From a virus: DNA of 64,000 nt. The notes beneath the pieces were generated by a model. That model saw only the letters and a program-made list of their open reading frames with translations, ran no database searches and had not been told where the DNA came from. The stretch is from IMG/VR virus record IMGVR_UViG_3300009151_000043, positions 1 through 64,000 of that record. The stretch is one strand, 5' to 3'. The position numbers and the translations under genes were made by a program. Shown piece by piece: positions 8,011 through 17,964 of the stretch (positions within the stretch are counted from its first letter, which is position 1; every line of letters starts with the position of its first letter).

Positions 8011-9422
8011 TATACAGGGGAATGAAAGCCGGTGTTGGCGGCAGGCAACATGGCTGTTCTGGGGGGTATATTTGTGAAATTACCTTTCTGTCGCTGCTTC
8101 TTTTTATCCTTATCCTCTTCTTTGGCTCTGTCTTCAGCTGCCCTGTCTTGCTGCTCAAAGTTCATGAATTCAAGCTCTGCCAAATAATCGAATTGGAAAT
8201 TTTTGGCGTGCCGAGATTTCAATGAGAATATACTGACAATACTGTCCTGAGAGCTGTCTCTACCTATAGCTAGCACCATATCTGCAGGTTTTAATATTCC
8301 TTTAAATCCGCTGATTTCTGCATTGCTAAACTTCCTTGTCATCTTGCCACCTGCCTGGTGCAATAGCCACACACTGAACATGTGTTCACCACCTATAAGG
8401 TGGTTTGATAGATCATCTATCTCGAACGCTACTTTCGAGTACTTCTGCCAGTCAGCATCGTATTTATCGTTGGTTGTGAGATAGTCCATCTGGTCTATAT
8501 ACACCAAGTCAGGATGATAGCCTGTCTGTTCGTATAGTTTATCCAGATAGTTCTGTATGTACTTGCCAGTCACTGGAGAAGCGTCACGCAGGTCATGTAT
8601 CTTTAGGTTGTTCATGGCTTCCTTGTCTCTGGAAGACATGCTGCGCCAGGCTTCGCGCAGATCATGTTGAGCAAATGTATTACCCTTGTGCAAGTCTGTG
8701 TAAGGTATTCTAAAAATATTACTATACACGCGGTTGCATATGTTTTCAGCAGGCTCCTCAAGACTCAGATATAAGACTTTCCTAAACTGCTTGGCGTTCT
8801 GCACCGCGCTATATGCAGCCATGGCTGTTTTACCTGAACCACTATGCCCAAGTATCAAGCCAAACTCTTGATAGTTTAACCCTTTGGCGGCCATGTCTAT
8901 TGCAGGGAAGCCCGTCATCAAGCTCTCCTTGTGCTCTACCAAGATAAGCTTTTTGAACGGATCAAATTCTCTGATGTTCCCGACACTGTTTTTGAGCTCA
9001 ATATCCCCCAGCAGCTTATGGGCTTCGTTTACAAGCTGCTCAGGAGTATTCATGCCTCCTATTTTAATTGCCTGGTATCTCCTGAATTTAATGAAGTCTG
9101 CTAAATGCTTCGTTATATGGTCAGCGTTAAGAGGGCCATCATTATACACAAACTCCCAGAACTCTAGCGCTGACGCTGCAGACGCTCCTTCTATATCACG
9201 AATCTTTAACTCACCTTTCAATTTGGCTAGGCAAAGCTGAGGATTAACAGGAGCCACACCAATACTCAATGCCGTGGCTACAAAAGCATGGTATATGTTT
9301 ATCGCCCCGAAATCTCCAGGAACAATCCTTAAATCTATAGCCTTTTGCAGTGTATTTTTATCTCTGAACAGACACTTGATGGTCAGCTCAATATAGTCCG
9401 AGTCGTTGTATATATCATTCAT
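8010..9422 (-). CDS. dnaB: DnaB-like replicative helicase
   Basis: TGFPAID, Walker A GHSGSGKT, YLSLEE, Walker B VYIDQMD, ADMVLAI, KSR. Confidence 0.88.
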   Translation of the reverse strand: MNDIYNDSDYIELTIKCLFRDKNTLQKAIDLRIVPGDFGAINIYHAFVATALSIGVAPVNPQLCLAKLKGELKIRDIEGASAASALEFWEFVYNDGPLNADHITKHLADFIKFRRYQAIKIGGMNTPEQLVNEAHKLLGDIELKNSVGNIREFDPFKKLILVEHKESLMTGFPAIDMAAKGLNYQEFGLILGHSGSGKTAMAAYSAVQNAKQFRKVLYLSLEEPAENICNRVYSNIFRIPYTDLHKGNTFAQHDLREAWRSMSSRDKEAMNNLKIHDLRDASPVTGKYIQNYLDKLYEQTGYHPDLVYIDQMDYLTTNDKYDADWQKYSKVAFEIDDLSNHLIGGEHMFSVWLLHQAGGKMTRKFSNAEISGFKGILKPADMVLAIGRDSSQDSIVSIFSLKSRHAKNFQFDYLAELEFMNFEQQDRAAEDRAKEEDKDKKKQRQKGNFTNIPPRTAMLPAANTGFHSPV

Positions 9423-9985
9423 AGTATTCTTTCAAGATCCAGGTTTTCGCTTTTACAAAAAGCGTTAAGTCTAGGGGTCATTTCTTTTTTTGCGATATGC
9501 TTATACTTGTCAATTATCTCGGGTACCCTGTTAGGGGTAGCGAGTATTCTATACCATGCAAAAAACTTCAAACTAGAATCCAACAGCACGCTCTCTACAG
9601 TATCTCCTCTACGGATATACATCATGGCTAGCTTGTGCTGGAAAGCCCACATATCTGCAGGGGCCAGGTTAGCGTTGTTAATCTCTACCTGTGTGCTGTT
9701 AGACTCTGAGGTTTCACGCTCAGCAAGCATGTGTTTAACTTTGGTTCCCTGCATGTGCTTCGGAGAGAACAAGGCTTTATGCTCACCCATACGATCATAC
9801 ATCATTTGGACGTAAGTGGAAGCATCTAGGTGATTAGCCACGCACAAGCTGCCTGCTTCTCGCAGATATGCGTCGTCTTTAACTGTCGAAATGTATCTAA
9901 AATTTTTATTCGTGAGTCTTTTCTTCTCAGTATAGTGATGTATCAAATCATCGACCAATCTTTGATCAACCTCTTTGTTTTGCAT
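9419..9985 (-). CDS. Hypothetical protein between primase and helicase
   Basis: 188-aa ORF overlapping both neighbours. Confidence 0.7.
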   Translation of the reverse strand: MQNKEVDQRLVDDLIHHYTEKKRLTNKNFRYISTVKDDAYLREAGSLCVANHLDASTYVQMMYDRMGEHKALFSPKHMQGTKVKHMLAERETSESNSTQVEINNANLAPADMWAFQHKLAMMYIRRGDTVESVLLDSSLKFFAWYRILATPNRVPEIIDKYKHIAKKEMTPRLNAFCKSENLDLERIL

Positions 9986-10883
9986 GTTCTTGTCTAATTA
10001 TATGTTGTAACTGCGCTGTCGTAGTGTCGTCAGGAGACTCGAAGCCATAAACACGTAAATCTATATTTACACACCTACGTCCATTCTGCCTGAACTCTGT
10101 CTGGATCTCCTTTGCCAGCTCTTGTGTAGAGTCTTCTCCGTCCAGTATGATCGTAATCGTCTTCCACTCTTGTATCAGCTGCTTTTGTTTAAGTGATATA
10201 CCTTTACCTAGTGTAGCCACAGCGTTAGCCAGCTTTAGAGCTTTTTTAACTCCTTCCACAACCACAACATCTTTGTATTGCTTTGCGAAATGGTAGTTAA
10301 ACAGATATTCTCCCTTTGGGAAAAGGTGCATGTATCTCATGAACTGGAATCTGTCTCCGTTCCATGTACCGGGCACAAATCTAAGCTGCCAGCCTACATA
10401 CTCGCCATTAGCTCCAAATACAGGGAAAAACAAGCTTTCCGCAGTATTAACTGTAAAGCCGCTATCGAAACTGAGGTTGCTTCCACAACCTGTAGGTATA
10501 TATCTTATACCCAAACTGTCGTAATAAGGCAAGTTAGCCAGATGATCTTTAAGTATGAACTGGATAACTGCAGAATTCTGTGGAAGCTCGCTAAGTTTTA
10601 CCGCATTAGCGTAGGGAAGTATTTTAGCATATTTATACTCTTCTTCTACACCCTCATTGTGCTCACGCTCAAAGACGGTGCCTTCCCCTAGTAGCTCGGC
10701 TATAGGTATTGTTTCCTCACATATAAAACATCTGCTGCCACTCCAGCCTGGGCTGATGTAGCGCTTCATTTTTTTACTGTTTTTGGGGTCACAGGTCGGG
10801 CAGGGGATTCTATAACCCCCACCCGACGCAGTTTTGACTTTGCCAAATTTATTCTTTAGCAGAGCTAGAACCTTCTGATTCAT
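9966..10883 (-). CDS. DNA primase (Zn finger + TOPRIM)
   Basis: CPTC...CFIC zinc finger, LFFPVF...VGWQLR, YLFNY, VVVVEG, VATLGK, IILDGED. Confidence 0.82.
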   Translation of the reverse strand: MNQKVLALLKNKFGKVKTASGGGYRIPCPTCDPKNSKKMKRYISPGWSGSRCFICEETIPIAELLGEGTVFEREHNEGVEEEYKYAKILPYANAVKLSELPQNSAVIQFILKDHLANLPYYDSLGIRYIPTGCGSNLSFDSGFTVNTAESLFFPVFGANGEYVGWQLRFVPGTWNGDRFQFMRYMHLFPKGEYLFNYHFAKQYKDVVVVEGVKKALKLANAVATLGKGISLKQKQLIQEWKTITIILDGEDSTQELAKEIQTEFRQNGRRCVNIDLRVYGFESPDDTTTAQLQHIIRQEHAKQRG

Positions 10884-11100
10884 TTTTAGCTGAGGCTTCT
10901 AAACTTTCCAAGAATTTACTATCTGTGAAATAGAATACGTCTTGGATATCTGGTTCAGGATTTTTCTTATAATCCGGGTGGCTGCGCCAAGCGTTACTCA
11001 CTATCTGTGCCAGTCTCAGATAAGGCCTAGCGTACCAGTATTCGCCAAGGGTATCAAGTAGCTTGGCTATGTATATTTGCCGCTCGTCATTATTTATCAT
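10849..11100 (-). CDS. Hypothetical protein
   Basis: 83-aa ORF in operon; W...PYLRLAQ motif typical of small phage proteins. Confidence 0.65.
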   Translation of the reverse strand: MINNDERQIYIAKLLDTLGEYWYARPYLRLAQIVSNAWRSHPDYKKNPEPDIQDVFYFTDSKFLESLEASAKNESEGSSSAKE

Positions 11101-12550
11101 AGCTTTGCCAGTCTATTTGTTGCGGGTTGTCCACCACCTTCACCGTCCAGCCTTGCTCTTCGTAGTACTTCATACGCTTTTTTGCCATACCTTCCAAAGT
11201 AGAGTCATGGTTATCCATGAAATCCACAAGCACAAAATGCGTTTTAGGTGTCAAATCGAAGCGTTTCATCTGCTCATCAGTGAGAATACGGCTCCCTCGA
11301 TAGGCTTCCTGAAGCACTTCTACTTTACTGCTGCCACCACTAGCTTGCACTACTACACGACAGTTAGGAATATCCACCCCAGCACGGAAAGCGTCAGAAG
11401 CTATGAGAATTTGAAATTCGTTGTTGCTGAATTCTTCAATAGTCTTTGTCTGCTGCTTGGGTGTTAGGGCAAAAGCTCCTACGTTTTTCTTGCTAGACTC
11501 TCGATGGAGGAATCTGGCGGTTTTTGGCATATACTTGTACATAGGCACCAGGTGATCTTTCACATGGTCAATGAACACAATCGTCTGCCACTCTTTCGGT
11601 ATCAAAGAACAGGCCTTGCCGATCAGCTCATTACGCTTATCACATTTTTTAATGCCGTGTTTAAACTTATTTTCAATATTAGTGTAGTTATCAATAATCA
11701 ACTCATCCGGTAGCCTTATCATGTATACCATGCCTGGTACTACTGCCCCGGCAGCTTCAGCATCTTCGTAGGGGAAGTATACCAGATCTTCCCCAAACAA
11801 ACCCTTCAAAAGCTTGTCTGTGTTATTGAAGATGCCTTCTGTGGTGGCTGAGTAACCAAACAACCTGTAAGGCTTCATCTGTTTCAAGCACTGCTGGAAA
11901 GTTTCCTGACCTGCAGACTGCATCTCATCCACCAAGAGCAGCTGGCATTTTTCTAATGCACAGCTCTTTAAGGATTTAAACGTAGTTATGGTGATGTCTG
12001 TACTTATGTCGTTCTTACCGTCACCCACCAAACCTATATGCTTGTCTGGGAAGAACTGCTTAAACTTCTCATATGTCTGTAACACCACCTGCTTTAATGG
12101 GATAGCTAGAATTGTGTTCAGCTTGTTCCATGCCGCGTAAGTGACTGCCTGTATGTGGGTTTTGCCGAATCCCCCCGTGGCATTGATTACGCCGCTATCA
12201 TCCATTCCTTTAAACAGCAAATCTATGACTGGTTGCTGCTGATAGTCGCGAAGCTTAATTTGTTTAACTGCAGCCCAGTCAGGTTCAGGCATTTTAGTGC
12301 GCACATCCTGCAAGTCTGCAACATCAAGGTTTTTATGCACAAGCTTCAGCACATCAGTATAAAACCCAGGAAGTGTATATATCGAGCCGTCAGTATCTGT
12401 GGCGTAGAGTAATCGCTCGGTAAATACACACTCTCTCCTGAATTGTATACTTTTCATCTCTCTGTGGTGGTATCTCAAAAACTTGCTCAAGTATACCGGA
12501 CACGGAGTTATTTTCAGCCCACCATCAAACCTGGTTATTTGTATTTTCAT
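11090..12550 (-). CDS. Superfamily 2 DNA helicase (UvsW-like)
   Basis: LRDYQ Q-motif, ATGGFGKT, DEMQ, SAT, GVDIP, QEAYRGSR. Confidence 0.88.
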   Translation of the reverse strand: MKIQITRFDGGLKITPCPVYLSKFLRYHHREMKSIQFRRECVFTERLLYATDTDGSIYTLPGFYTDVLKLVHKNLDVADLQDVRTKMPEPDWAAVKQIKLRDYQQQPVIDLLFKGMDDSGVINATGGFGKTHIQAVTYAAWNKLNTILAIPLKQVVLQTYEKFKQFFPDKHIGLVGDGKNDISTDITITTFKSLKSCALEKCQLLLVDEMQSAGQETFQQCLKQMKPYRLFGYSATTEGIFNNTDKLLKGLFGEDLVYFPYEDAEAAGAVVPGMVYMIRLPDELIIDNYTNIENKFKHGIKKCDKRNELIGKACSLIPKEWQTIVFIDHVKDHLVPMYKYMPKTARFLHRESSKKNVGAFALTPKQQTKTIEEFSNNEFQILIASDAFRAGVDIPNCRVVVQASGGSSKVEVLQEAYRGSRILTDEQMKRFDLTPKTHFVLVDFMDNHDSTLEGMAKKRMKYYEEQGWTVKVVDNPQQIDWQSYDK

Positions 12551-12800
12551 TATTTACCTTGAGAACTATTTGCCGAGGATGCCTACGGCGGTATCTGATT
12601 CTTTTTTTCTTAACATCGGTTAACTCCAATACAGTAGGCTTCTTTGCGTTTTTCTTGTTTGTCTGGTCATTAATGACCCTACCTACAGCTTCTTTTGCCA
12701 AATCGCCTATGGCTGTACCTTTCTTCTCAAAACTAAAATAGGCGGCTGCAGCAGCCAGCAGCGCCGGAATAACTAGGTTTGTACTTTTTTCTTCACCCAT
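12525..12800 (-). CDS. Hypothetical protein (N-terminal hydrophobic segment, basic C-terminus)
   Basis: 91-aa ORF, LVIPALLAAAAAYF. Confidence 0.55.
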   Translation of the reverse strand: MGEEKSTNLVIPALLAAAAAYFSFEKKGTAIGDLAKEAVGRVINDQTNKKNAKKPTVLELTDVKKKRIRYRRRHPRQIVLKVNNENTNNQV

Positions 12801-12801
12801 A

Positions 12802-13014
12802 CTAATAACCTCCTACTACTGACTTGGTTAAGACCTTTCCTTCACTGTCTTTTAAAATGAACATAGTGTAGTCATCTCCATCGTCTTTAAATGAAGAGTT
12901 CACTATATCCATTGTTGCAGCCTCATCAGCCTGGGCTTGAGTGAATCCAGGCCCTGACGGAGGCTGCGCCGTCATTTGCTTTTTGTCCGTGATGCCTTTA
13001 CTTGCGTAGTACAT
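12802..13014 (-). CDS. Hypothetical protein
   Basis: 70-aa ORF packed in operon. Confidence 0.6.
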   Translation of the reverse strand: MYYASKGITDKKQMTAQPPSGPGFTQAQADEAATMDIVNSSFKDDGDDYTMFILKDSEGKVLTKSVVGGY

Positions 13015-13190
13015 ACTTTTTTATTTTTTTTCTTTTTGAATGCCTCTGCTCGGAGTTCATCCATCTCATATTGAAGCTGCAGCGCCAGTTTAAAATCCTC
13101 TTCAGGAACGTCCACTTTGGGGTGCGCTGCAAAGTAATCATACCACTTAAGCAGTATGTAGAGCCTTTTCATCTTCTCCGGGGTTGTCAC
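12972..13190 (-). CDS. Hypothetical protein
   Basis: 72-aa ORF, start overlaps SbcC stop. Confidence 0.5.
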   Translation of the reverse strand: MTTPEKMKRLYILLKWYDYFAAHPKVDVPEEDFKLALQLQYEMDELRAEAFKKKKNKKVCTTQVKASRTKSK

Positions 13191-15238
13191 AGATTAATTG
13201 TATTATCTACATACTCACTTAGCTCACTATGATGGTCGATCACAATGACCTGTTTGAACTTGCTGCTCTTCCCGAGAGTTTTAATAATCTCGAAATACTT
13301 CTTACTATTTTCGTTGTTTAGCCCATAGCTTCCCTCGTCCACGATCATGAACGGGAAGGCCCCTACAAACATATTATGTAGCGCCAGACGTAAGCTAAAG
13401 CCGACCATAACCTGCTGACCGCCTGATATAGCAGGCAATTGCAGACCGTCTTCATTAAAGATGTCTATACCGAAGCTTTCATTCACCTGTGCTTTATAAG
13501 GGAAGTCAAAGCTGGTTAGCACCTCATTCATGTATTCTGACACTGTGCTGGCATAGGTATGAATCAAGGCCCTGGGAAACTTAGTTGTATGGAACAGCTC
13601 GTAAACACTGTTCAATACACCTGTATATTCCTTTCGCTTACTGTTCTTTTCCTTGTAGCTTTCGTTGTCTTGAAGCTCCTGCTTTGCACTCTTAAGCTCT
13701 TGCTTCTTTGTGGCTATGGAAACTTCCAGGGCTTTAGCGTTTTCTCTGCGCTGCTGGAACGCCTGCATGTTTGAATCTACCGCTATTTTTTCAGATGTGA
13801 GCTCTATAGGATCCTTATCGTATTTGGGTGCAGAAGCCAGCTTTAGCTTCATACCTGTTAACTCATTCTCAGCCTGTTTGAGGGAGGCCTCCACAGTATT
13901 CAGCTTACCTTCAAGCGCAGCGTATTTCTGTATAACTCCAGAACACAAGTCATATTCTTCCTGATCGAAAGAAGCATTCTTGTATAGGTCTAGAGCATAA
14001 TCAATATCAGCCAGCTGCCTCTTGTATTTTGTACTCAGGTCGTAGTCAAATTGCTTTTGACCTAGCTGCTTTGAAGCTTCTTCAAGACTTCTTAACTGCC
14101 CGTTATAAGCTACAATCAAAGGCTGTTGTTCAGTCTGCAGGTGCTCAATCATCTTTGCCACATCTGTGACTTCTGAGCCGCAAGTTGGGCAAGTTCCTCC
14201 CACCAGCCCGGAGGCTTTGTGTTCAGCAATCTTTTTATCTATAGCAGCTATCGACAAACCTGTGCTTGTCTTCAGTCCTTTAAGGTCATGATACTTGGTT
14301 TCCAGTCCCTTGAGCTGAAGCTCTTCATCATCTCCAAACACTACAGCAGGAGGCTGCAGAGAGGCTTTCTTGAGTTGATATTCCAGCTTCTTCTCGTAAT
14401 TAGGCTTCGCTGCCTTGAGCTCTGCTAGAGTTGTTCGATATTCGTCGATAGGGATAAACGCCACTTTGTTCAATAGTGGATTTTTCTCAAGCTCTAACTC
14501 GTTTACTCTAGCCTCTGCCTTATCAAGCGAGTCTAGCAACACCGCATTAGCTTTCTCGGCATCCTGTACAGACTTGAGGAAAGCCTGGCGGGCAACTAGC
14601 GCAGTGTACTCTTCCTCATCTACAGCCAGACTATTTAAATCCTCTGTCTCCATCTTGATCATCTGCTCTAGGCACTGCATGTTGCTTTCCAGCTCTACAG
14701 TGTCTTTTACAGGATACTCAGGAGGGGCAGTTTTAATATAACTATTCCAGATAGTATCTCTAAGTTTCGCGGTATTAGGAACCATGAAGATCTTCTGAAA
14801 TAGTTTCTCACGAGTAGCGTTATCACCGTTGAACAGTAGGGTGATCTCTCCCTGGCTGGAAACAATAACATTTTGTACAATGTTTTTATCTATCTGAAAG
14901 AGCCCGTCCCAGATTTCATTTACTTCAGAAGACTTTTTATAGGTCTTTCCGTCATACATGAAGTTTACCTTGGCTGTATCTACGTGCCTCTCAAGAATGG
15001 CTTCCTTGCCATTGATGATGAGGTGGCCGATGACATAACCACTCGCCTGCCCGACAGTAAGCATGTCAGCCTTTGTCTTGCCATAACCTTCTCCTGTAAG
15101 AAGAAAGATAATAGCCTCAACAATACTGCTTTTGCCGCTACCGTTCCCTCCAATGATGCCTGTGACACCTTCGGTAAATTCGAAGAGTGCGCTCCGGTGA
15201 GATCGGAAGTTTTTAAGGATTAGTTTTGTGATTTCCAT
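13187..15238 (-). CDS. sbcC: SbcC/Rad50 (gp46-like) recombination ATPase
   Basis: LKNFRSH, Walker A GGNGSGKSS, coiled coil with CPTC zinc hook, signature ISGGQ, Walker B IVDE, IDH. Confidence 0.92.
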   Translation of the reverse strand: MEITKLILKNFRSHRSALFEFTEGVTGIIGGNGSGKSSIVEAIIFLLTGEGYGKTKADMLTVGQASGYVIGHLIINGKEAILERHVDTAKVNFMYDGKTYKKSSEVNEIWDGLFQIDKNIVQNVIVSSQGEITLLFNGDNATREKLFQKIFMVPNTAKLRDTIWNSYIKTAPPEYPVKDTVELESNMQCLEQMIKMETEDLNSLAVDEEEYTALVARQAFLKSVQDAEKANAVLLDSLDKAEARVNELELEKNPLLNKVAFIPIDEYRTTLAELKAAKPNYEKKLEYQLKKASLQPPAVVFGDDEELQLKGLETKYHDLKGLKTSTGLSIAAIDKKIAEHKASGLVGGTCPTCGSEVTDVAKMIEHLQTEQQPLIVAYNGQLRSLEEASKQLGQKQFDYDLSTKYKRQLADIDYALDLYKNASFDQEEYDLCSGVIQKYAALEGKLNTVEASLKQAENELTGMKLKLASAPKYDKDPIELTSEKIAVDSNMQAFQQRRENAKALEVSIATKKQELKSAKQELQDNESYKEKNSKRKEYTGVLNSVYELFHTTKFPRALIHTYASTVSEYMNEVLTSFDFPYKAQVNESFGIDIFNEDGLQLPAISGGQQVMVGFSLRLALHNMFVGAFPFMIVDEGSYGLNNENSKKYFEIIKTLGKSSKFKQVIVIDHHSELSEYVDNTINL

Positions 15239-15524
15239 CTTCTAGGAGCTCTTTGATTGATTTGTTTACAAGATCTTCAGGAATGCTAATATAAGGATAG
15301 TTTGAATACGGCAAACAGCTAGGATCCCATCCTGGGGGCAGCGAATCTAGATCCTTAAGTTCTTCTGCAATCACATGCGTCAACCCATCGCTGCGCATAC
15401 TACTTTCGTGTATGCACATGATGTTCTCGACGCTCTTTTCTACAGCGTCCACAGTCATCTGTAGGGGCGCAGCCACCACGAATTCTTTTTCTACTCTTAC
15501 TGTATATAATTGATAATTTTTCAT
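15213..15524 (-). CDS. Hypothetical protein (paralog of 15521-15859)
   Basis: LPPGWDPSCLPY...KSIKELLE. Confidence 0.6.
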   Translation of the reverse strand: MKNYQLYTVRVEKEFVVAAPLQMTVDAVEKSVENIMCIHESSMRSDGLTHVIAEELKDLDSLPPGWDPSCLPYSNYPYISIPEDLVNKSIKELLEDGNHKTNP

Positions 15525-15859
15525 AGTTTCTCCTCAAGTTTCGCTAGCCTTTTCTCCAACTCCCTATATTTAAGCAGCATCTCTGTATGGGTCACAGTCT
15601 TAGCCACCTCATTCTCCAGTTCTTCGAGGATTTCTTCGATGGATAGGTCGTGCCATGGGTCTTTGAAGCTTTTTTCCGCGTCTAGTGGACACATCGCTTC
15701 TGACCAGCCCCAGGGAATCTCACCTCTGCAGGAGATTTCAGATATCGCCTGAAAAGCTAGGTGGTCGATCTTGTCGTTGTCGGCAATATACCTCTTAGCC
15801 TCGTACTCGTCTTCGGCGCAAACCACAGTAACTAACGCAAGTTTATATAATTTTTTCAT
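15521..15859 (-). CDS. Hypothetical protein (paralog of 15213-15524)
   Basis: IPWGWSEAMCPL...LSIEEILE. Confidence 0.6.
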   Translation of the reverse strand: MKKLYKLALVTVVCAEDEYEAKRYIADNDKIDHLAFQAISEISCRGEIPWGWSEAMCPLDAEKSFKDPWHDLSIEEILEELENEVAKTVTHTEMLLKYRELEKRLAKLEEKL

Positions 15860-16125
15860 ACGTCTTCGGTAATTTTAATTTCTCTAACTTTTACAATTTT
15901 GTATTCGACCTTGTGTTCCATAGCTAGATCGTCTTGTTCCTTCAGTAATTTGTTAATTCTTTTCTGCATTTGCGCGATTACAGGATCGAGGTTACCTTCC
16001 TCGTACTTGTAGGCTAGGTTGGGGCTGGCTGGATACCAGTTCCCCCATTCGCCAGGAGTATTCCAGCCTCGCCAATATCTATGGTGTATCTCGAGCCTGA
16101 CGTTCTCTATTATTTTTTGATTCAC
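15856..16125 (-). CDS. Small hypothetical protein
   Basis: 89 aa, 4-nt overlaps with both neighbours. Confidence 0.6.
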   Translation of the reverse strand: MNQKIIENVRLEIHHRYWRGWNTPGEWGNWYPASPNLAYKYEEGNLDPVIAQMQKRINKLLKEQDDLAMEHKVEYKIVKVREIKITEDV

Positions 16126-17036
16126 GGTAGGTGTTCAAATGATTTTTCTTTCATCTTGAACTCGAAGTCCAAGTCGATTGTTGTGTTGTATGTATTTGGC
16201 AGCCTGGAGGCATAATCTGCATGCTTTCGCGGGTTCTTGTCTCCAGGTATACTTTCGCTATAGTGAAATAGTGGCGTATACTTTCCCCAGGAATGTACAG
16301 CCATGTCAAACGCCTCTTCTTCATTTACACCACCATTGTTATGGCATTTGTGATGAAGATAGTCGAAAGTTACTGGAGTGTCGCCGTCGCCATAGAATCT
16401 AGTGTATAGATCCCATACTGACCACCCTGCTGCCTTGTCATCATTCTCGAGTACGAGCCTCTTTTTTACACCGTCGGTCAATTTATGAAAATTCTCATAA
16501 AAAAGATCTTTGATTTCAAAGTGATCTCCTCCTCTCAACGATCTATTAACATGTATGTTTATAGGAGCATTATAATCTTCAGGACAGCCGATCCTAGTCA
16601 TGAACCAGCCTTGAAAGTCTAGTTCACGTATTGTACGACGCACAGCATCTTCGTTTAAGCTAGCTAGTACATTGAATTGGTCAGGATGACTACTCAGCCT
16701 GACGTTGTATAGTTCCCTAACCAATTTGACCTTGTCGAGCTGACCCATGATATCGTCGATCTGTGGGAAGTCTTCGAAAACGATCCTGGCCTTATCATAG
16801 GTCATCAATGGAAATATATTGCTGCTTAACCTATAGTTATGCTTTCTAAATCCGCAATATGCTATAGCCTTCTCTGTGACCAGGAGATTGTTTAAAATGA
16901 CATCTCCTAGCTTGACCAAAGCTTCAGCCCTATCCAAAGAGCTGAAGCGTTTGTAGGTCATTGTCTTGAACTTGAGTGGAGGGTCATTGTCCTCGAGCCC
17001 TAGTACAATACAGCAGACACCTTTGTTTCTAATCAT
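16122..17036 (-). CDS. uvsE: UV damage endonuclease (UVDE)
   Basis: YRLSS, HPDQF, INIH, RLVLENDD, FDYLHH, HYSES, RKHADY, EFKMKE. Confidence 0.92.
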   Translation of the reverse strand: MIRNKGVCCIVLGLEDNDPPLKFKTMTYKRFSSLDRAEALVKLGDVILNNLLVTEKAIAYCGFRKHNYRLSSNIFPLMTYDKARIVFEDFPQIDDIMGQLDKVKLVRELYNVRLSSHPDQFNVLASLNEDAVRRTIRELDFQGWFMTRIGCPEDYNAPINIHVNRSLRGGDHFEIKDLFYENFHKLTDGVKKRLVLENDDKAAGWSVWDLYTRFYGDGDTPVTFDYLHHKCHNNGGVNEEEAFDMAVHSWGKYTPLFHYSESIPGDKNPRKHADYASRLPNTYNTTIDLDFEFKMKEKSFEHLP

Positions 17037-17047
17037 ATTATTAACAG

Positions 17048-17341
17048 CTAATCATGAAAACTCGGTATGTCTAGCTGTTGCCCAATAAAATCCATATCAT
17101 CCTCGTGTATATCCAAAGTCTGTTCAACTACAAGCCTACTAATTAGTCGTGTACTATAACCTCGCAATTCAGGAGGTTCTCCTTGATAAATTTGATCGGT
17201 GAGCTGTACAGCCTCCAGCACACTGCGACATTTTATGTAATCTACCCACTTATATCTACGACGCGGCGTATCTATTTTATTTATTTTACGCTGTATGATA
17301 AAAGTTGCTTTTTTAGTTATTTTTTCAAGCATATCAATCAT
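17048..17341 (-). CDS. Small hypothetical protein
   Basis: 97-aa ORF in a run of small genes. Confidence 0.55.
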   Translation of the reverse strand: MIDMLEKITKKATFIIQRKINKIDTPRRRYKWVDYIKCRSVLEAVQLTDQIYQGEPPELRGYSTRLISRLVVEQTLDIHEDDMDFIGQQLDIPSFHD

Positions 17342-17531
17342 CTTCGCTATATCTGACTTCTTCGCCTTCTTCTAGCTTTCTACAAATGTAGATCTTCTTA
17401 AGCTTCTTGGCTCGGTCGCTCCAGGGCTTTGGACCTAGCGCATCAAGCCATGCCGCTTCCTCTGTGCTTCCTGATCCTATGGTGCAACGTTTAAACTGAT
17501 TTATTCCTGATTGTCCGTCAATTACGTACAT
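17334..17531 (-). CDS. Small hypothetical protein
   Basis: 65-aa ORF overlapping neighbours. Confidence 0.55.
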   Translation of the reverse strand: MYVIDGQSGINQFKRCTIGSGSTEEAAWLDALGPKPWSDRAKKLKKIYICRKLEEGEEVRYSEDD

Positions 17532-17788
17532 ATATTTTCGTCAGTAAATGTGTGCGTTCTTTTAACTAATTTAAAATCACCGTATGGTTTATTTTTTTTT
17601 GCATCTGCTAGATGAGCTTCTGCGTCCTTTCGATATCTGAACTCTACGCTGAAAACACTATCTCCGTAGTCTAGCCAATAGTCTTGCACTCGTATTTGTA
17701 CGACGTATTTGTACGATGTATTCAATTCTGGATCCATGCATATTATTCTACTACATACTCGATTGTTTCTCTGAATATCACCCGCCAC
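17522..17788 (-). CDS. Small hypothetical protein (true start may be the internal MDPEL)
   Basis: YVVQIR...WLDY...FKLVKR. Confidence 0.55.
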   Translation of the reverse strand: MAGDIQRNNRVCSRIICMDPELNTSYKYVVQIRVQDYWLDYGDSVFSVEFRYRKDAEAHLADAKKNKPYGDFKLVKRTHTFTDENICT

Positions 17789-17964
17789 TCTCTTTTATTG
17801 TTATAGTCTATGTCTGCATGGGCTCCGCCAGGCTTTCTTTTAATCAACTCCCAGCGAGCACTATCTAGTGCAGTTATTTCATTTATTTGTGCACTATAAC
17901 GCATAAAATCTTTCCAGGGACAGCCCATCCTCTTGCGTCTTTCTTGAAGTACGATTTGTCTCAT
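17743..17964 (-). CDS. Small hypothetical protein
   Basis: IVLQER...WKDF...WRVIFRE; ATGA overlap. Confidence 0.55.
   Translation of the reverse strand: MRQIVLQERRKRMGCPWKDFMRYSAQINEITALDSARWELIKRKPGGAHADIDYNNKREWRVIFRETIEYVVE

Noticed and set aside
12802-13014. Second ubiquitin-like protein (ends VVGGY)
   Set aside because: No recognisable beta-grasp pattern or NG motif; the GG is probably coincidental.
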